DNA of 37,199 nucleotides from an uncultured virus (IMG/VR IMGVR_UViG_3300011830_000001) (taxonomy: Duplodnaviria; Heunggongvirae; Uroviricota; Caudoviricetes), in the IMG/VR virus record IMGVR_UViG_3300011830_000001, positions 62,001-99,199 of that record; one strand, 5' to 3'. A program made the translations under genes and the position numbers. Below are positions 34,645-37,199 of this stretch, one piece after another (the first letter of the stretch is position 1; the number at the start of each line of letters is the position of its first letter). The notes beneath the pieces are model-generated. The model was not told the origin of the DNA. It saw only the letters and a program-made list of their open reading frames with translations, and made no database searches.

Positions 34645-36318
34645 ATGAAACTTGTACGCCAGACCACTTCTTCCTCTGATCAATTCCAGAAAGACAGCGC
34701 ACCATTTGGCGTGCGTAGCTCGGAACTGCTGCGCGGTCGCAAACATCATTTCATCATTGAGAACGCCACCGCTGCCGAACTGGAAGCAATGGACGATCTG
34801 CTGTGTGAAACTGAATTCGCCGATTACTGCGACACCTGCCCGTGCTACGAAGATGGTTATTCCTGTGGCTGGTGGGTCGATATCGACGACACAGCAGCGT
34901 TTAAAGAGGCGTACAAGAGCCTGAAAGGTGAAGTCGCTGCCCGCATTGAAGCGAACAAGGCCGAAGCGGTAGACGAAGCACTGAGCAACATGACCACCGA
35001 TCAGATTGGGATTCTGGATCGTGTTATATACAACGTCCGTCACTCCCTGCTGACCGAGGGGAGCACCGTTAAGAGCCTGCGCAATGACGAGTACCGCAAC
35101 CCGGTAGCGAACCCTTTCTATAACGCCCGTAACCCGCTGACGGCTGAAATGTGGGAGCTGGTGGAACAGTGCCTGATCATCGGCAAAAACGAAACGTGCG
35201 CCTCTTTGCGTATCCTGGAAGGTAAAACTGGTACGGAAATGTCCCGTCGCCGTAAAGCTGCGGAGCAAGCGCCAGCCGCCCCAAAAGTCACCATTGTTAA
35301 CGGTGATGCACACCAGCTACAGCTTACCTTTAACCTGAGCTGTGAAGTCACCCAGCGCCGCACCGTTGAGTCTGCGCACGAACTGGCCCGCATATACGAC
35401 CGCATGATCGGCAATGCTGACCTGTTGCCGCAGATGTGGACGAAATACTGCCTTAGCCCGGTTGATATCGATTTCATCATTGCCGCGTCACAGCGCCTGC
35501 ACTCTGACGTTTGGGCGGGTGATATCGAGGCTGCGCACGCCGCCGCGCTGATTGAGGATGATCTGTTTGACGGCATTATCCGCGATGGCCTGACACCGGA
35601 ACAGCGTGCCATTCAGACCCGCCGCGAGGGCATGGATATTTACGGTGAAAAATTCGCACAGCAGTACGCTCAGGACTACGACGCAGCCTGGGCCTTTGAG
35701 CTGAAACGTAGACAGGCCATCCGTGACGAAGAAGTCCACCTGACCACTCAGATCGAATTCAATAAGCGCCAGTACATATGGGAAGAGGTCTACAGCGAAG
35801 AGTACAAGGCTATCCGTCTGGATATTGCGCACGCCCGTGCGCTGGAGCAGGACGAAAAGCGCAGCCTGCTGATCCGCTGCGACGTGACTGGCCTTAACTA
35901 TGCCAAAGTCCACGAAAGTGAATACCCGACCTTATGGGACGCCCTTGCCGCCTGGGAGCTGCTGCACAACGAAGCGCTGGAGATCAATCGCGTGATGGAT
36001 GAGAACGGCATAACCGCGCCGGAAGCGATGCTGACCATTGCCCGCCGTGGCGTTGAGCACATGATGACCTTCACGCCGGAAGAAGAGGCGCTCTGGAACG
36101 CTGAAACGCCACGCAGCCAGGGCATTACCCTGCGTCCTGATCCGGTTGACGATGAACTGGATGACGATGAAGAAGAAGACGACGACGAGCCGGATGAAGA
36201 GGATCAGCCGCGCTACCAGCTGAGCGCCGAAGAACGCAGACGCTACGGCATCCCGGACGCGGAAATGGTGGAGGTGTCCTCGGAGGAGAATTACCGCCCG
36301 TGTACGAAAATTTCCTGA
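34645..36318 (+). CDS. Large acidic early protein with repeated H-x-x-AL-x-x-D/N motifs
   Basis: AGGA RBS; AHAAALIED, AHARALEQD, LHNEALEIN; D/E tract near the C-terminus. Confidence 0.8.
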   Translation: MKLVRQTTSSSDQFQKDSAPFGVRSSELLRGRKHHFIIENATAAELEAMDDLLCETEFADYCDTCPCYEDGYSCGWWVDIDDTAAFKEAYKSLKGEVAARIEANKAEAVDEALSNMTTDQIGILDRVIYNVRHSLLTEGSTVKSLRNDEYRNPVANPFYNARNPLTAEMWELVEQCLIIGKNETCASLRILEGKTGTEMSRRRKAAEQAPAAPKVTIVNGDAHQLQLTFNLSCEVTQRRTVESAHELARIYDRMIGNADLLPQMWTKYCLSPVDIDFIIAASQRLHSDVWAGDIEAAHAAALIEDDLFDGIIRDGLTPEQRAIQTRREGMDIYGEKFAQQYAQDYDAAWAFELKRRQAIRDEEVHLTTQIEFNKRQYIWEEVYSEEYKAIRLDIAHARALEQDEKRSLLIRCDVTGLNYAKVHESEYPTLWDALAAWELLHNEALEINRVMDENGITAPEAMLTIARRGVEHMMTFTPEEEALWNAETPRSQGITLRPDPVDDELDDDEEEDDDEPDEEDQPRYQLSAEERRRYGIPDAEMVEVSSEENYRPCTKIS

Positions 36319-36411
36319 TTCCAGCACGGGCGGTGCAATTCCCCGCCTGGGCTTACTAACCCAGGCGGATCGCAACAGAACTTTTAACTACGCCCCTCGG
36401 TGGGCATAACG

Positions 36412-36442
36412 ATTTAGATCCTGTAATAATTTAGATCCTGTA
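36412..36442. repeat. Tandem 14-bp direct repeat, operator-like
   Basis: ATTTAGATCCTGTA at 36412 and 36429. Confidence 0.8.
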
Positions 36443-36506
36443 GTTGATCCCGCTACGTGGCGTCGAGAGGGGTCAGCATAAAATTCTTTAAGGCTTAACA
36501 GAAAAT

Positions 36507-36782
36507 ATGAACGCACGATCGACACGCAAGAAAGTCCCGAAAAACGAGCTGTATAAAGGGCTGCGCGGCAATAAGAACGCCCTTAAGGGTACCGAGCCGC
36601 TGGATTCGCAATTGCACGTTCGAACGACCCCAGCCGAAAAGATCCGTTTTATCCGTCTGGCCCACGAACAGGGCTTAAAGCTTTCCGAGTGGGCCACAAA
36701 CGCCCTTAACAAATATGCAGAAGAACAGGAGGCCCGTGGTGAGCACCGGGACGCAACATACACTGAAAATAGCGGTAGTTGA
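36507..36782 (+). CDS. Ribbon-helix-helix DNA-binding protein, paralog of 24416..24616
   Basis: RGNKNA..EP..QLHVRTTP.EK..F...A...GLKLSEW. Confidence 0.75.
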   Translation: MNARSTRKKVPKNELYKGLRGNKNALKGTEPLDSQLHVRTTPAEKIRFIRLAHEQGLKLSEWATNALNKYAEEQEARGEHRDATYTENSGS

Positions 36783-37199
36783 TGCCGAAGACGTTAAGCA
36801 CCTGCGCCGCATTAACCGCCTGGCGCAGCTGGTAGAGCATAACCACGGCTACAAACGTGCTGGGGACGTAGATTTTAAGCCGGATTGGGATGAGCGCGAG
36901 CTGAGCCGCGAGGAAAAGCTGTTTTTCCGGGCCTGCTGGCGTGCCTGCATCGATGAGGGCAGTTTCTTCCGGCTGACGGTAGGCTATGACTCCATGTTTT
37001 CCAGCCTGTGCGACAAAACTGCTGACGTGCTGGAGCTGCGGCCCGATCTGCAAGCTCTGATCGACGACGGCGAGATCCTCCCGGTGGTGCTGAATGCGCT
37101 GATCGAGGCGCAGGCCACGATTAAGCACATGACGCAGCAGGCCGCGCAGCAGGCGCACTACCGCTTACGCCATAACACCCTTGCGTTATGGCAGGCAGG
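36739..37199 (+). CDS. Hypothetical protein, 3'-truncated (absent from ORF track)
   Basis: AGGAGG RBS + GTG; frame MSTGTQHTLKIAVVDAED... is open to the window end. Confidence 0.7.
   Translation, partial: MSTGTQHTLKIAVVDAEDVKHLRRINRLAQLVEHNHGYKRAGDVDFKPDWDERELSREEKLFFRACWRACIDEGSFFRLTVGYDSMFSSLCDKTADVLELRPDLQALIDDGEILPVVLNALIEAQATIKHMTQQAAQQAHYRLRHNTLALWQA

Larger units (their letters stand above)
1..37199. mobile_element. Segment of a P1-like phage-plasmid/prophage
   Basis: P1-type synteny ddrB..pro-prt<>darB-ulx-lxc plus pmgS and ref homologs; dense phage-like early gene array; no host housekeeping genes. Confidence 0.93.

Noticed and set aside
36320..36370. T-loop-like GGTGCAATTCC as a tRNA or att remnant
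   Set aside because: No cloverleaf; only a simple CCGCCTGGG/CCCAGGCGG hairpin follows.
1..37199. CRISPR array, IS element, loxP/cre, iteron origin, rRNA or tRNA genes
   Set aside because: No regularly spaced repeats, transposase, recombinase or canonical RNA gene was seen in this window.

Overview
The window is a 37-kb segment of a P1-like (Punavirus-related) phage-plasmid or prophage, probably from an enterobacterial host. The left 15 kb is the P1-type virion and antirestriction block: a 5'-truncated ddrB-like gene, an ORF at the hxr position, an M15 peptidase, a lar-like gene, pro and prt on the minus strand, then darB, ulx and lxc. The right 22 kb is a co-directional array of about 45 small early or accessory genes. 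These include a pmgS homolog, Rrf2, MarA-like AraC and two RHH regulators, ref, ASCH, a PD-(D/E)xK nuclease and a lone terminase-nuclease-like domain, driven by repeated promoter/operator cassettes built on a TTTAGA(G/T)C motif. The most striking unexplained element is the ~1-kb gap at 3.05-4.07 kb. It folds by hand, specifically on the + strand, into a ~730-nt multi-domain RNA with long G-U-containing helices, GNRA loops and a pseudoknot. Its 5' domain carries twin UUGGCG loops and is overlapped by a predicted ~145-nt antisense RNA with its own sigma70 promoter and terminator. A second antisense RNA plus small membrane peptide module lies at 15.4-15.8 kb. All homology calls come from motif recognition and recalled P1 sequences, and no searches or folding programs were run.
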